DNA of 64,000 nt, taken from contig JBNZDD010013634.1 of NCBI GenBank assembly GCA_050575255.1, positions 3,135,538 to 3,199,537 of the forward strand, written 5' to 3'. The translations under genes were made by a program, and so were the position numbers. Positions within the stretch are counted from its first letter, which is position 1. Each line of letters starts with the position of its first letter. Source of the DNA: Harriotta raleighana (Eukaryota). Below the pieces are notes generated by a model. That model worked only from the letters and a program-made list of their open reading frames with translations, did no database searches and was not told the DNA's origin. Shown in pieces: positions 49,701 through 64,000 of the stretch.

Positions 49701-50089
49701 CATGATATTCATTTAACACATTGATTTGTTAGACAGTTTCATCATGATGTGCACGCCACACTGGCAATAATGCAAGGGCAGGTTACCGCAATTCCTCATT
49801 TTGATACGTTCCAAGGCTGAGTGACAAGAGGTACTATTACTGTAAAATGTTGGCTATGGAGAGCGCTATTTGCAGGCTAAGGAGCGGCACTGTCTTTATT
49901 AAAAAGCATTTGGCAAACCTTAATTCTGTGTTTGCCAAGCACTGCAATACGACGGGATAAATCACGCTGAAGATGCCAATAGATTTTAAAGGCGTTACTG
50001 CACCCGTGGTATAATTGTGACGTGTGATGCATGGGTCTCTCCTCTGTGCTCGCTCTATCAGCACAAAGCCAGGAAATCTGCCACCGGGA

Positions 50090-50342
50090 ACAAGGTCTGT
50101 CCTTCGGAACAGATGTGAAACCGAGGTTCAGCTGGGCTTTAGAGATCCCACTATTCGAAAAGAGAAGGGAGTTTCTCCCAACAATCACTCATTCCATGGC
50201 TATTTTTGGGACTACCTGAGTGTAATTAGCTACGGTATTTCTTCCACAAAATTCACAGTCAGTCCCCTTCACAGTAATTCCAGTGAATCGCTTTGAGTCA
50301 TCTCGATGACGTGATAAAGAGCTATATCAAATGCAATTATTA
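50090..50342 (+). mobile_element. Deu-domain SINE with internal deletions
   Basis: gatgtgaaaccgagg..agatcccactattcgaaaagagaagggagtttctccc..gctatatcaaatgcaa. Confidence 0.78.
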
Positions 50343-51774
50343 AGGTCTTAATTTGAGAACACAGATTGATAATCATGCTACTAATGTCCAATTGTTTATT
50401 ACTTGCTTTTTTCCAGCTGCTCTATAAATAACTATGAACCAGGTACAAAAATCCTTTGGGATTTATTGCAAATCATCACGTTAAACTTTTTTTTGAATTT
50501 GCAGAAAACTGATGATAATCTCCAGAGAAGTGAACAAGTGTACTCGAGTCACAGAGGAGGGGCGGAGTAAAAACCATTAAAATATTGTAGTATGAATCTC
50601 TTCCTATAAGAAAAAAAGCTTTCATTTTTACAACACCTTATCACATTTAAACATCTCAAAATGTTTCACATGTAATGATTATCAAGTGTAGTGACTGCTT
50701 TTGGAAACAACCATGATTGTTATTTCACCAGCAAAGTTTCACAATCAGCCTTGAGATAAATGACTAAATTATCACGCCAAATATAAAGGGAACACGTTGC
50801 AAATATCTTGAACAAACGCAAGAGAAATAAAACCAATATGCTCCAATGTAAAATATATCTGATGTCTAGTAATACCTATGCTGCTTCAAATTTCTAACGC
50901 ACTATTTGGCATGAAGGGCGCTGTATAAATGTAAAATTGTTGTTAATTGTACTTATCTGAACTCAAGACACCAGTTCTAAGCGGTGTTTGTATTTACCCC
51001 AAAGTGCAACAAATGAACATAGTCATATTAATGGATTATGGGTTTTGTGCCCAGTTCTAATTTTGCACCAATGAATTGAATCACATGCTTGTAATTTGTT
51101 GCTGCAAATGAAGGATTTCCATCGTTTGGCTGTGTGGTGATTAGAACTCGGCTGCTGGCTTCCACTGAGCAGGAATTCCAATTAATTGCAATGTTCACCA
51201 TATGCCTCTCGTTTGACCAAGTCAATCCTTTTTCCATTAACCTTCAGAACATTACATGCACTGAGCACCATTCAACCAACGTATGCAATTTCAACTTGAA
51301 GATCAAGATGTTTACATGCAAGGCAATTGCCTGATGATGAACACTATTTACATTTCCGACATTCCCTAAAGACTTCAACAACAACAATCCCGACCAACAA
51401 TCCTCCAGAACAATTGCTCATTCACGCCCGCCATATTTGCCTACAAAACAGTGGCTACACTTGTTAATAATTGCTTGTGAAGTTCCTTGAACGTTTTTCA
51501 GAGAAGGACGTCCCTTAGCTTATGGCTTGCGTTTCGAAAAACACATCCGTGTTCAAATACTTTTACTGTCAAAAGGCTTTCGCTAGTTTATAGCAGCTAA
51601 ACCTTGGGATATGGCACAGCCTTTCAAGTTTAAGTTCCGTTTCTAACCATTTACCTCACTTACCCTTTGACTTTGCTTGTTTAGCTGAAACCTATCTTTA
51701 ATCCTTGGGCTACTTTGGAGGGTTTGTACTGAGTAATGCTATTATAGAAGTTAGTTTCGATCACCACACATCTG

Positions 51775-52088
51775 TAATAATAATAGTAATCCTTGCATTT
51801 GATTTCGGGCTTTTCACGTATTCTAGAAGTCTTAAAGAGCTTCACAGAATGTACTGTAAAGTGAATTGACCGTACATTTGTGGGCGAAACTTGGCAGCCA
51901 ATTGCACACAGCAGTGTCCCACATACAGTCGTGGATTGAAATGACCAATTTTTTTTTACAGTATTGTGGTTTTTTGGGGAGGGATTATTATTAGGCGTTC
52001 CCAAGGTTTTGCCCTGACCTGCCTGGATTCGAATACAGGTCTCACGCTTGTAAAGCGAGTGCTCTAACCACTGAGCTACAGGACTCCC
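51775..52088 (-). mobile_element. Full-length young tRNA-derived SINE
   Basis: The reverse-complement head gggagtcctgtagctcagtggttagagcactcgctttacaagcgtgagacctgtattcgaatccagg is collinear with 27124-27440. Confidence 0.93.
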
Positions 52089-55000
52089 AGCAACTCCCAG
52101 TATTTATGATCCAGAGTGTAGAAACGTATCTCTGTTTCGTGGCCAGCAAAAGCGTAACAGTAATTGAATTCAGAGTTTTGAAAGTTTTGTCTCTGCAGTA
52201 ACCATCATTTCACAGCTTACCAGTTGCAATCACATTTTAGTAGCAGGATAGAGTTAGACTGTCAGCAGGAATCTAGCTATTTGGCAGCTATTATCTTTAA
52301 CTTTATTCTGCTTTCAGATGAATAAATGTGCTCCACTGCTGAGACCAGCATCACGCTTAGAGTAACGGGGTCCTATCCTTTCACTGTATCTTTATGATTA
52401 GATTGAAAGCCCCCCCACCCACCCAATGTGCACCTTTTTGAAAAGGATTATTGAGAGGGAGGATAAGAAGGGCCTGTTTGTGGATATGTCTTTGACCAGC
52501 CTTGCACTCAATCAAGATAATACCGCCAATGCATGTTTGTATATTTTGTTTAGAGAGACAGATAGGAAATAAAAGCCTCTAAACGAAACAGCATGTATCC
52601 AATACACAGTAATAAACCAATGCAGGTGAAACTATAATATGGTTGTCAAAGGTAAACAGATACATTCCGACAGCTAAAAGCAACATATCTTCATGAATCA
52701 TTGATATAGGATTGTGTAAAACCAGACCAGAAGTAGTTATTTTTATACAGCAGCTGATTCATTGGCAGATTGCACTGCACCAACAAAGGTTAGCAAAAGT
52801 GAGCATTGTGTCTTTTCACTGAGATTGGGTAAACCACCACCAGAAACGCACATCTGTAACACATCTCTTATTGCTTCAGAAGTTAATCGATTCTACAATA
52901 TAAATGTCGATGAACTGTATTTGCAGAGCTGAATGGTGTATGCTGTAATGATGTTTGTGGTTCTAATGGGCTGATGTGTGTGTGTGGGCAGTGGGGGGGG
53001 TGGGCACGAGAAGCAGAATGGTCCATTGCATACTCAGTGGTTATGTGGATGGTGGTGTGAAGGTGAGTTCAGTGTGTGGAATTGTACAGCTCCTCTGGCA
53101 TTTCACAACACAGTACCTTTTTAGGAGCGCACATCATTACCAAGCTGATTTCAGAACAGAATCCCCTCCGGAGCATTGCGAGGGTTCGCTGATGGGCCTT
53201 GACATCAGAGATTAAAGAGAGGAAGGCAGTCATGGTGATGCGACAAATCTCCATGGCAGCAGCAGTAATAATTGTAGCCTGAAGCGAAAAGCACCAAATG
53301 GGTGGACTAACCTAGCTCCTAAAACACGATTGCTGTCTCACTGACTATTAATTTATTAGCATTTTCCAAACCTAGGTTTGTGAAAAAGCACTAGAGTTAC
53401 CTCATTTCTGAACACAGTATTGCACCACTAAAAAAAACATTTTTTTTTGCAAGGATGCAGTTTAATCATTTTTGAACAGCACATGTTTGGAGGTAGACAG
53501 TGCATTTGGCAACACGCAAAAGCATCTCATTCCTGGATAACCTGCATATTATAAAGGAAGAAGTACACGTACTCATCAGCTCGTATACTTTTCCTGGTTG
53601 CTGCGTTTCAAGAAAGGTGTTTGACAGTTGTTTTACATAAATTTGTAAAATTGTACAGAGTTTAAAATGTTGCGATTTAGACTTGGGCGTATTTCCGTAC
53701 TTCTGAATAATTCTCTGGGGGTATCTTATTTTCAAATCACAACACTCACAGGACAATGAGGACCTCCATTCTCTTTCTCCCCCCCGTTCAATAGAACAAG
53801 GACACCTGCGTAGGTATGTTTATTAATGGTTCATTTTGTTGTTACAAAAGATTAAATCATAATACTGTACAAAACTATAGGCTGAAGCAGTGGAGCACAC
53901 AGAAACAGGGCTTTGTCCCAGACTATTCTTTTTTAAAAATACAGTCAGTGCCATTTTCTATACCTATGCATTTCTTTGTGCTAAAAATAGATTTGAAATC
54001 TTGATAGTTGTCATTTTGGAGGTACGAAGAGACTGGGTGTGTTGAAGTATGTTGTCAGCTGCTGGTGTTTTCTCTCACTTGTTCTTTCTTATTCTGCCCC
54101 TTCTTACCCTGCGTTGTGCATTCAGTGTATTGTCTGTTAGCAATATAATTGATTCATGGTAATGAACCTGTCATGATGCTATAATCGAGGACAGGTCATT
54201 TGTATCAAGTGCCCTGTCCTCAGCTCTGACCTGTTGCACTCACACATTTGGTGTTGCTTAATTCAATTGTACCTCATTTGTATTCGGAAATTTGGTTGCC
54301 AGATTCCATGAATTTTTAATTTGGGCGTGTGAGCTTCATTCAGCACTTTCATTCAGTAAAGTAGATGCTGGTGAAAAGATTGAGCAGAGTACGACTTAGC
54401 AAATTGAGTGGTATTCTGTCTGTGTACTTGCTCAGCATAGTAAATCTGTGGTTTGGGGTTAAATACTAATCTGCCCCATGTGGTAATGTGTTTTTATGTC
54501 CTTGTAAAAGTGCAGTGCATTTTAACGGACCAATTAGTTATCAAAGTAAAATTTAACATTTTCAAATTTACTTTCTGTTGTTTATAGAAACAGGGACACA
54601 TTAACATTCACCTCCTTAATTCCATTCCTTTGTCTTCTCATTTTATTTTACATTTCTAATTTCCAAGTTTGTGTTCTTCTGATCCAAACCATTCAGTTAG
54701 CTTGGGGATACTGATTGGATTCCAGAAAATCTCTCCTTCTGGCAGGCTGTGAAAATCCTGTTTGAAATGAATTTAAGTTTATTTCTGTGGAATGGAGAAG
54801 TACTCTGTCCCCTTAAACTGACTTTGCTTACCTTGAAATATGCAAAATAAAATGAATGATTGCATTTGTGAAGTGGTATCCTATCACTGGGCAATGTAGA
54901 GTGTAATTGGACACCTAACCAAGAGGATGTGATTGAATACCAATAATAGACTTGTGGTACTGTTTTATATTGGAATTGCAAAGGAGCAATCAGATTGAAG

Positions 55001-55189
55001 GACTCGACCTACAGTCCCACCCTTCAATCAAGCTGTCCACCCTTTTACTCCCACTTTCCATTACATTTTAAAAGTCTGAGGTTTTGTTGCTGACCTGCAT
55101 GTTCAACTATAATGTAACTCAGGGCAACTTTAACATTTGAAATGCTTAACAAATGCGCAGGGTTTGTGCGAAGAATCACAATATGACAT

Positions 55190-55550
55190 TCATCCTTGTA
55201 TTTGATATAGCATCTTATATTGAAACCATACAGTGTCTAAAGTGTAGTGACTGTATGAATATGGCAACCAGTGTCATTCATACCAATGCCAACAAACCAC
55301 ATTAATTGCTGGGGACTTTTGGTCAGAATACTTTCTCTTTTCAAAGGAAAACCATGGAATTGTTAACCCAAAGAGGCAGATGGGACATCAGTTTGAAATC
55401 TCATTTGGAGGTACCTCACCTCAAACAATCCAATTGCTCTTCCAGCCCCACATTGCAGTGTCAGCCAAGGCTGACCTTCAATCATCAATGTGGATGGAAC
55501 TCAAACCCATAACCTTCTACTGCAGAGGCAAGAACTGATCCTGGCTGATA
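55190..55550 (-). mobile_element. Old Deu-domain SINE, near full length
   Basis: The tail is ccttgtatttgatatagc, the body includes gcagtgtcagccaag, and the head is ctcaaacccataaccttct..cagaggcaaga. Confidence 0.75.
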
Positions 55551-56256
55551 CCAGATTGGCTTTGAAAACCCCTTTGATGGCCTTGAATGTAGTGAGAGGT
55601 CACTGAATTAATAGGGAGCCAGGCACACCTGGGTGGGCTCTACAAAATTGGCAGTGAAATCGAATAGCAAGTTGAAGAACAGCTGCAGTCAATCCAGCAA
55701 TTATTGTAAATTCAGTATTCGTTCAGCTTTACACCTCACTCCATTTGTAGAACATGAAGGGGAAGAAGAGACAAGCAACCAGTTTCAGCACAGTTTTCTG
55801 AAGTAATCTGACAGGTACGGAGCAAAGTTTAGTGTTGAATATGGTTAAAGAAGTAGAGTAGCAAAAATAAACAAACTGTAACATTGGCCTCTGAGTTACC
55901 AATGTAGTTTAGGATAAGCTCCCGGCCAAGTGCTCAACAATGACTGAAACATTCTCTCTTTCCTCACCTCAGTTTTTGTGTAGGTTTTGGTATGTTTCTT
56001 TGAGCTTGTGACCATATATGTAGTGCGAGAGTTTGCTTTTGTGATGAGCGCAAAACGTGGAATGCAACCCAAAGCATTTGAGAACATGAGGCAATAATTT
56101 AAACAAGTCCTTCGCCTTACAAAAGAGTGCTAGGATTGGGCACTCACTGTATTCTTTAAGCAAAAATAGATTTCGCTCTCAAAAAAATTAAAATGGCAAA
56201 TCATGTCTACCCTTCTCTTTTCCACGTTTGGGCTGAACTGATGCAAATATAAAAGT

Positions 56257-56750
56257 AACAGCAACAACTTGGATTGATATAACGCCCTCCACTCTGGACG
56301 GCATCTCAGAGCGCTTCACAATAACGGATCCCATGGCCGAGCCGGGGGAGGGGGAAAAAGGTGACCAAAAGCGCAGTCGAAAAGAAAGGTCTTCAGCTGT
56401 GAAAATGGGAAATGGGAAAAGAGGGGGCAAGGCGAAGGGAATGAGGAAGGGCGTAATGGCCGCTGACGGTGGAACAGAGGATTCGGGGTACAAGGAGGAG
56501 ACCAGATCCAGTAGAGCAAAGGCAATGTGTGCTGTTGTGAGGAGAAAGGAGTTCGGAGAGGTAGGGGGTGCAGAGGAGTGGAGGGATTTGAAAATGAGTG
56601 AGGATCTTGAAATCGACACGCTCTGATACAGTGAAGTCTGGCAAGGACTGGGTTAATCGGGGAGAAAAGTTTGGTACGGGTGAGAATGCGGACGGCTGAA
56701 TTTTGGATAACCTGGATTGTGTGAACAGTGGCGGAGGGGAGAATGTCAGA
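56257..56750 (-). mobile_element. 5'-truncated L2 LINE (ORF2 end plus 3' UTR, type 1)
   Basis: The translation [44 protein letters not shown] is frameshifted. It aligns to 2811-3411. Confidence 0.9.
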
Positions 56751-59718
56751 GTTTTTGTGGAGCAATGTATGAAAACGTGTGACCAACTCCGATTGCGTTG
56801 CCTGCAACGTGACAGGATGATGACACGGCCTTTTAAAATGAGTGGAGATCATATCATTATGAGCAAGAGTGAGGCTTTAATGCAGTCGCCGCTGGTTATA
56901 ATCAGGCTTCTTTCAAAGCTGCTGAGGGCCGCTGTGGTTCTCTGCCTAGCGGATCCCTTTTTACTTCAACAGAGAACCTCAATCTACTGGGACTGCTAGA
57001 AAATTACTTACTTGCTACAGGACATGAACTCAATCAAGTTGTGTAATGATTTCAAATAAATGTTTATTTATATGATCTGTACACAGCTCAGTGGTGTTAA
57101 AACGGAAAGAAAATCTTAACCTGGGACCGAATTTCACTTTATTTCCCTAAAGTCAATTCGATCTATTATGTCAACCTATTGTTGAATGAGTGTAGCTAGT
57201 TTGTGAGTGGACAGATATTAATGAAATACGGCATTATATATCTGATTTGATACACTGAATTCAGTGTGCTCGAGGCCTCAGAGGGACACACTGTGTACTG
57301 AGCAAAACGTTCCTTCAGCCTTTACTCCTCGTCTGCAAACGGAGACCAAATGGTGTTTAATCATTTAGTTTGATTCCAAATATTTGACTTGAGCGATTTG
57401 GAACTATTGATTATTGAAAAGAATCTAAATTTATCCCCATTTGAAAATGTAGTTTTCCTTCCCCTTCTTGGTTCATTTGCATTCTTCCTTATATCATCTG
57501 TCTTGATAAACCATGGATAAATGACCTGCCTTTTCACAGTGCAGGCTGGATTGACTAGATGCCTGATTTCCCTCCTAACCAAAGGCATCAGGACCCCAGT
57601 GGACTATTCTTCCTTACAGCACATATGAGCAGACATGGGATGGTGCCCATACAAATCCCAGCATGGTGCATTACTTGATACATTTCTATTAGCTGTCTTG
57701 TGGCAGATACAAAGATGCCCACAAAGCTATTCGAAACCTGTGCCTCTTTAGCACAGCTGGTTTGAAGTTTCCAAATCTCTAGCCTGTACCTTGCGAGAGG
57801 GCAGAGCAGCAGGTAGCGTGGAATCTAATGCTTGTGTTCTTGGCTGGATAATTGGAAATTCGTTGCTGGGGCCCCTCAAACGCTTCTCCACTCTGGCCTT
57901 CAATAATGATGCTCTCCTTTTGGGAATTTCTATCTGAGGGGAGGACACTGCTGTCTTAGCTACTTTGCCTCACTGTGAGAATTCCCTTTCTATCACAGAG
58001 TTTCATTGCTGATGGTTATCAAAGCCCACAGTCTATTCTGAAAGAAACAGTCCAATGCCAGATTAGTCCTGTGGCTAATATAAGAAAAAAAATTGGGATT
58101 ACAAAATACTATTTAAAAAAAAAAAAAATTGCCTGCCGTAGTGTTTCACCAAGTAACCCCTGATGTCATTTTGCTAGGAATTCTGCTTTTTAATGGTTAT
58201 ATCAGCCAGAGCTATAACCTGTCACTTACTGCAGCTGTTTGTCTTCTAAATGAGGTTTTGCGCACCTGCGGCTCCTTTCATTATTTTCGTTGTATAAGTC
58301 TGCAAACTGCCCTCCATTACTTCTGCTGTTCGTCTCTGAATCTTCTGCCTCCAACCTTGTACTTTACAAACACATCACCACATTTGGTGCCAACTATATA
58401 AAGAGTGCCTGAAGTATGTTCCCAAAGGTGGTGATTACGCACCAGTTGTATTGAATTGGAAATAATCCAGTGTTTGCAACTGTAGACTTGAACAGACCTA
58501 ATTTAATTAGGTGAGTTTACCAATTGCTTGTCAGTGCTCAGTGAGGGAGTGCTTTGCCTTGCTGTGGGTCAGTTGGGTTTGGCTGGTGGCAAATGTAACT
58601 GATCCATCAGCAACCAACTCTACAAAACAAATTGTCTTAATGTTTCGACTGTATTCTCCTCTCCCACAATATGTTCTTCCAAGTAGCCGTAAAGAGCCAC
58701 ATTCATATGGGATGTTCTGCATATCTCAAACTTAATTTATGTTTTCTTTTCCAATATGCACTCACGGAAACTACAGTATGCTTTTTTTATTTCACACAAT
58801 TTCACATGAAGCCAGTAAATGTGGGTACCGCTTACCACCATTAAAGGAAGAAAGAACTTGCATCGTTATCATGCGTTATGATGTTTGAACCCCTCCAACC
58901 GCTTTACAATAATTACTGTAAGTGTAGTTACTTTTTGTAGGCAGCCATGTACAACATGCTGTATTATAGACCTTTAAGTCATATGATACTGTTAGAATAA
59001 GATTGATGCTGCCATAAATTATTCTGGGGGGAGGGATTGAAATTGCAGAAAATGCACTGTCCCATCCCCTAACCTGTCTAACTGCTCTGCTGAGAGTTAG
59101 TGTGAGAGGGAGAAAGGTGAAGAGGTTATAGATGGTGGTGTAAGTTTGAAAAGGGCTTGCCTGGTACGTTTTGTTTCTGGCCCCGTCTTATTGCCTTATA
59201 AAAAGTCACTGTGTCATTTCTTATAATAAGTGCTATAAAGTGAGCCCTGCATTCGCATTCTTGATTTATTTATGTATTTAAGCTCGTATTAATAGGGCAG
59301 GAGTGCACATGGTTCCTTTGCAAGGTGGTCGCTAGACGAGCCATAAACTGTCTCTATTTTATAGACCCATGTAGCATTTCCTTTCCCTGCAGCATTGAGG
59401 CTGTATATCTTTATCTAACTGTACTGAATTGTGTCAGGCTGGAGACATTTGTCATCTGTCCTCTGGCTTAATTTATCAATAGCTCCAACATCCCAGCATC
59501 TCGCTGCTCCCTGTTTATTTCCAGTCCAGGTCCATTATAACCATTCCCAAACCCATTAAAGCCAAATTACATTTGGTACTTTCATCCATGACCTATTGCT
59601 TTGAACATTAGCAATATTATATTCAAAGCTAATGGAAGTGACTTTTTAAAAGGTGTTCATTCGAGTAGTTAATCAAGAAATGTGTTTAGATGTGGGTGCA
59701 GCAAAATTACTCGATGCA

Positions 59719-59719
59719 T

Positions 59720-59746
<27 letters not shown>
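59719..59746 (+). repeat. (TG)n microsatellite
   Basis: Direct read. Confidence 0.95.
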
Positions 59747-59753
<7 letters not shown>

Positions 59754-60291
59754 GGTAATGAAGGGAATATTCACCACCACGAGGATGTCTTTTCAGGATG
59801 ATTTTATTTCACCGAGTTCCTTGAAATTCAGCCCAGTAGTACCTTATTTAATATAAGAACTGTACTCTCTCTCTTCATTGATATCCCAAGCAGTGGATGT
59901 CATTTGTGTACCACGTGGAATTGTTGACTCATGATACCCAGGCACGAAGCTGGTCGCTAGGTTCAATGCAGCATCTTTCAGCTACTGACACCTCTCCGGA
60001 CCTATTTGCCAGACACTAGTTCTCATTACAGCTACTCACTTTTTTTGGGGAAAAAAAGTCTACTTGCAAGTTCCAGCAAATTGTAGGTTATGAGGCTGGA
60101 TGGAAATGAACCCTAATACAGCATAAAGTTAGACAAATGATTCCTTGGCAAGCTTTGGGGAAAGCAAAACTAATAGCCTCTAATATTCATAGATATTGAC
60201 TGCATATTTGGTAACTGAGTAAGAGACTGGAACTGAACCTATTTGAATACATTTATTTTATGCAATGTACATTGTAGGAAAGGTAATTGCT

Positions 60292-60450
60292 GCAACAACA
60301 ACAGCAACTTGCATTTAAATAGTTTCCTTCCCACAGGATTGTGCCCCAGACTGCTTGACAGTGGCGAAGCACAACGCCAAGCAGGGATGGGGGAGATGGG
60401 TGACCGTCAGCACAACCGGAGAGAAAGGTCTTCAGGCACGAATTGAATGT
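60292..60450 (-). mobile_element. Older L2 3' fragment
   Basis: (caa)n cttgcattta..ggtgacc..gagaaaggtcttcagg. Confidence 0.65.
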
Positions 60451-60724
60451 AGGGACTCACCTTAGCAAGTGGAGGTGGTGTTCTAGTTCCTTTGTAAATA
60501 GGAAATAGTTCCACTGATTGTGTCTAATCAAACTATAATTCACGTGTTGCACAGGGATTAGACCGACTGCTAGAGAAAGAAAAACAGTGAAACCAAGAGT
60601 GACAAAAAGCAAACGAAACAACTGATGAGGAAAATGTTCTTTTGACGAAGTTCTATGTTTGTCACACACTCAGATTATTTTACTAGTTTATAATCTGTAG
60701 GTCTTCTTTTGGAAGGTTTGTACC

Positions 60725-60826
60725 TGTGCGTTTCACCCACAAAATACGCAGTCGATCAATTTACAGTAAATCCTGTACAGTGCTTTGAGACGTCTCAACG
60801 ATGTATCAAATGCAAGGATTATTACT
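60725..60826 (+). mobile_element. SINE 3' end
   Basis: gcgtttcacccacaaaatacgcagtc..tcaaatgcaaggattatt. Confidence 0.82.
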
Positions 60827-62012
60827 GTTATCTGCCCTGCCAGCTTTCATTCCTTACAGGCAACAAGAGATCACAGGGATCCTGTCTAAACCTTTGTGTC
60901 CTTGGTCCTGTTGAAGTGAAGGTACCAAATTTATGAACGCATATCATTATTTACCTAATTGAATTCAACCTCAATAATGTTACAAATATAGAACTCAATT
61001 TTATGTTTTAAATTGTGTTGCAGTTATATGCAACTCTCAGGGACACATTTGTGGTACTCACTGAATGGAGTGGCATTTAGCCCACAGCAATAAATTTGTC
61101 ACATGGAGTGCATGGAAGCGATTATCTTTCTCAGTGTTTCAAGTGTCTGGAAAACAAATGCTTCTGTCTTTTAGTTACTTTCTAAAAATTAGCATGGTTA
61201 GCGACTTCAGGGAAGTTTGTTACACACACCACTTCAAACATGGGTGATTTGTGTGGGAGCTTGAGGAACCTGGAAAATAACTAGAATTGCAACTCAAATG
61301 ACAATATGTTAGGTGTTGATTTGTAGAAAATCTATCAGAGAAGAATTCCACCCAGGGCTAGATTTACTCTTTTGATACTTTACAGTATAATTTACATTTA
61401 TATTGAGCCTTTCATTTCAGGATAATGTCTCAAATGCTTAATGTAGCATTTCAGAGTATCACCAAAATCAGTCTTAATTTTGAAGAGACTGTAATTTTCT
61501 ATTAGGTCTTTTTAATGATGTCCTGGAAACCAACTGTATAGTTAAGACTGCATCCAACAATTTGTTAATTTCTGGATGTAAATAAATCTGCTGCATATGG
61601 AATTATGACAATTAAAACATTGAGCTTGAGCGAGAAAGATTCACTCGTGATTATGCCAGAAGATGGCACCACAGGGAGCGAAAAGCCAATACCTGAATGG
61701 ATGTTATTGCACCCGTGTATATAGATTTCAGCATTCTGGAGTAACTCATGGTAATTGGGAAAGGCAAGGTTCATTAAATGCATTTTCATTCTCTGGAATT
61801 GTAGATTGTCATCTTAGCTTTCCTGTTTTTCATGTCCTTTTGTTATTTTCTTGCTTTGATAGGTGAAAGCTCCTTGTGGTTTCTTAAGAAACGTTTTAGT
61901 CAGAAGTATTTGTGGACATCAAGTTACGTTATTGAATCTGTCTGCCCTCCTAATAACGTAGTGGTGCTGGGAATGCTGCCCTGAGAATATCATTTAATAT
62001 TATCAGAAAGAT

Positions 62013-62200
62013 TGTAATAAAATTGGTCACTTCAATCCACGACTGTTTGTGGGACGCCTGCTGTGCGCAATTGGCTACTGCGTTTTGCCCACAAATATAC
62101 AGTCAATTCACTTTACAGGATATTCTGTGAAGCGCTTGGAGACATCTAGAAGCGTAAAAAGTCTGTATCAAATGTTAGGGTTACTATTATTGTTATTACA
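62013..62200 (+). mobile_element. Young SINE 3' two-thirds
   Basis: aataaaattggtcacttcaatccacgactgtttgtgggac..acagtcaattcactttacag, near-identical to 27268-27420. Confidence 0.9.
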
Positions 62201-64000
62201 TTTCTCAATGTAAGTGCTACAGTGTGAACTTTTGTGGTTTCACAAACCAGTGTGAGATAACACTGTGCCTGTCTTGGCCTGAATTTCAACTGAAATACCC
62301 GTTTAAAAAGCTTTATTATTGGATGATGAAGAGGCTTTACATACTTGTCCACAGTTCATAATCCCAAACTTTGCACTGTTTTTTCAGCAATGATATGAAG
62401 TGGACAATCTTCAATCAGAATGTTCAGAAACCTTTCATCTATTTGAGAGACAGACAGTATAACATCAGTATTCTATGGCATTACAAAACGTATCCAAGAA
62501 AGCCATGCCACGTGGTTACAGCTCTATTCTCTTCAAAGCACAAAACTGTGCCTTATCTGGTAAAGGTGGCATACAAATGTAACTTTATTGTTGTTTGCTG
62601 TACTGCACTGGCCCTTATTCCTGTATGTGAGATGTTCTTAAAATCACGGTTTGAATGGACGCTATTATGTCTTAATAGTTGACATTTATAAAATCTTTTC
62701 CATTTGGCTGACTTCACAAATACGATTATTCTTTTATTTGCTTTGTAGGAGAGCAAGGCTGGACAGGAACCACTGTTTAGGTGTTAGATACTTTTATAGT
62801 GACATTCTATCAGAAGTTTAAATGAGACTGAATAAGGGTTTCCTCATTGCTGGAAAACTGATCATTGCTGATTTGTGTTATTGGCAAAACTAGTAAGCAA
62901 AGTTGTGCATATGCACAGCAGCACTTGCTTTGAATATGTGAAGAAAGAAGTAAATTTGAACTGATTACCAGGCGTTGAAGAGCAACTCAAACTGCGATGA
63001 GTGTCTGAGCAAACACCAGGTGGGGTACTACCCCTTCACTGCTACAGAAAATTTCAGTGTGAGATTCTCTAAATCAACTGACAAACTTTTTAAAATATAA
63101 ATATACAAAGCTGTTTTGAGGTATCTTCTGTTTCTCCTGTGTGTTTTTGTTAATGATCGATTGGATTCCTTACCATCAGTCTTTACTGCTGTAGCTCACA
63201 CATTTGTTTCCCTTCGTCTTGTTTGTGTTTCAGTGGTGTGATCAGGAGATGGAATAAAGTGTCTTGTCAGACATTGAAGGGAGAAATCTATTCATGACTC
63301 ATGGAAGCTGATAAATTTTACACGTCACCTTTGTTGCTGGATGGAAACGTTTCTGTCTCGTATAAAATGTGCAGCACACCTCTTTTTGCCAATATAACAA
63401 AGCACATAATTAGTTCCATTATGTTCTACAGAGCATATCCTGTTGTGGTTATTGTTTGTCAGCAGCTGATTTAAGCACCTTTGTTTCAAACTTTGTCTCG
63501 GATCGAGTTGCCGTTCCATCATGTTCAGTTGCTGACATGCGGTACTCTTTAGGTACGGTTTTCCCAGCCAGACACAATAAGAAAAGTTCACAATAACAAG
63601 ACCACCAGGGAGGGAGGGGGAAGAAAACTGCCTTGGGCTAACTCTAAACAAACCTACAACCTGCATGCTACAGTGACAGTGAGTTGTTACCTGGCTAAGG
63701 GGCGTAGCTTTGGACCAATCTCTGCTTGCTGTGTTATTGCCTTCAGACATTTATTTTATTCATTCAGGTACTTTATAAAGTGTCAAGTGCATAAACAATG
63801 TTATAATTTCAGAATTCATTGACTCCCCTCAATGGAAGAATTGCGTATTGTTTTGTTTGCTGCCAGGTTACGAGCAACACTTCATTGAACCAGGCCAGTG
63901 AACCAGACCAAGTGTCGCACCAAGTTCTGAACTGTTTTCGGCTGCAAGTTTCATATGTATTTATTCACTCTTTTTAAACTTAATACTGTGGTAAGATTGC

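Noticed and set aside
56038-56090. gtgatgagcgcaaaacg, a possible minimal hammerhead or Penelope/DIRS terminus
   Set aside because: The core deviates (GUGAUGA and AAAA instead of CUGAUGA and GAAA) and there are no flanking helices.

Overview
This is vertebrate genomic DNA, not microbial. The repeat set (Deu-domain SacSINE1/AmnSINE1-like SINEs, young L2 LINEs, LF-SINE-like relics) suggests a cartilaginous fish, possibly a chimaera such as Callorhinchus; that assignment is inference. I recognise only one coding element, a 95-nt internal exon at 21016-21110 (+). It encodes the N-lobe segment [32 protein letters not shown] of BRSK2 (SAD-A kinase). The rest appears to be BRSK2 intron, and the listed ORFs are chance ORFs or L2 remnants. 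The introns hold about 20 copies of a young tRNA-headed SINE, two L2 tail types, older Deu-SINEs, a degenerate tRNA-Trp copy and several repeat-free enhancer-like blocks. The most notable structures are nested, often antisense, retroposon insertions into SINEs with apparent 6-bp target-site duplications (TSDs). One is a head-to-head pair of SINE tails from two subfamilies that forms a ~200-nt hairpin. Three duplications flanking single Ns look like assembly artefacts. I found no convincing new gene system. Repeat boundaries are approximate, and family names come from recalled consensus sequences rather than searches.
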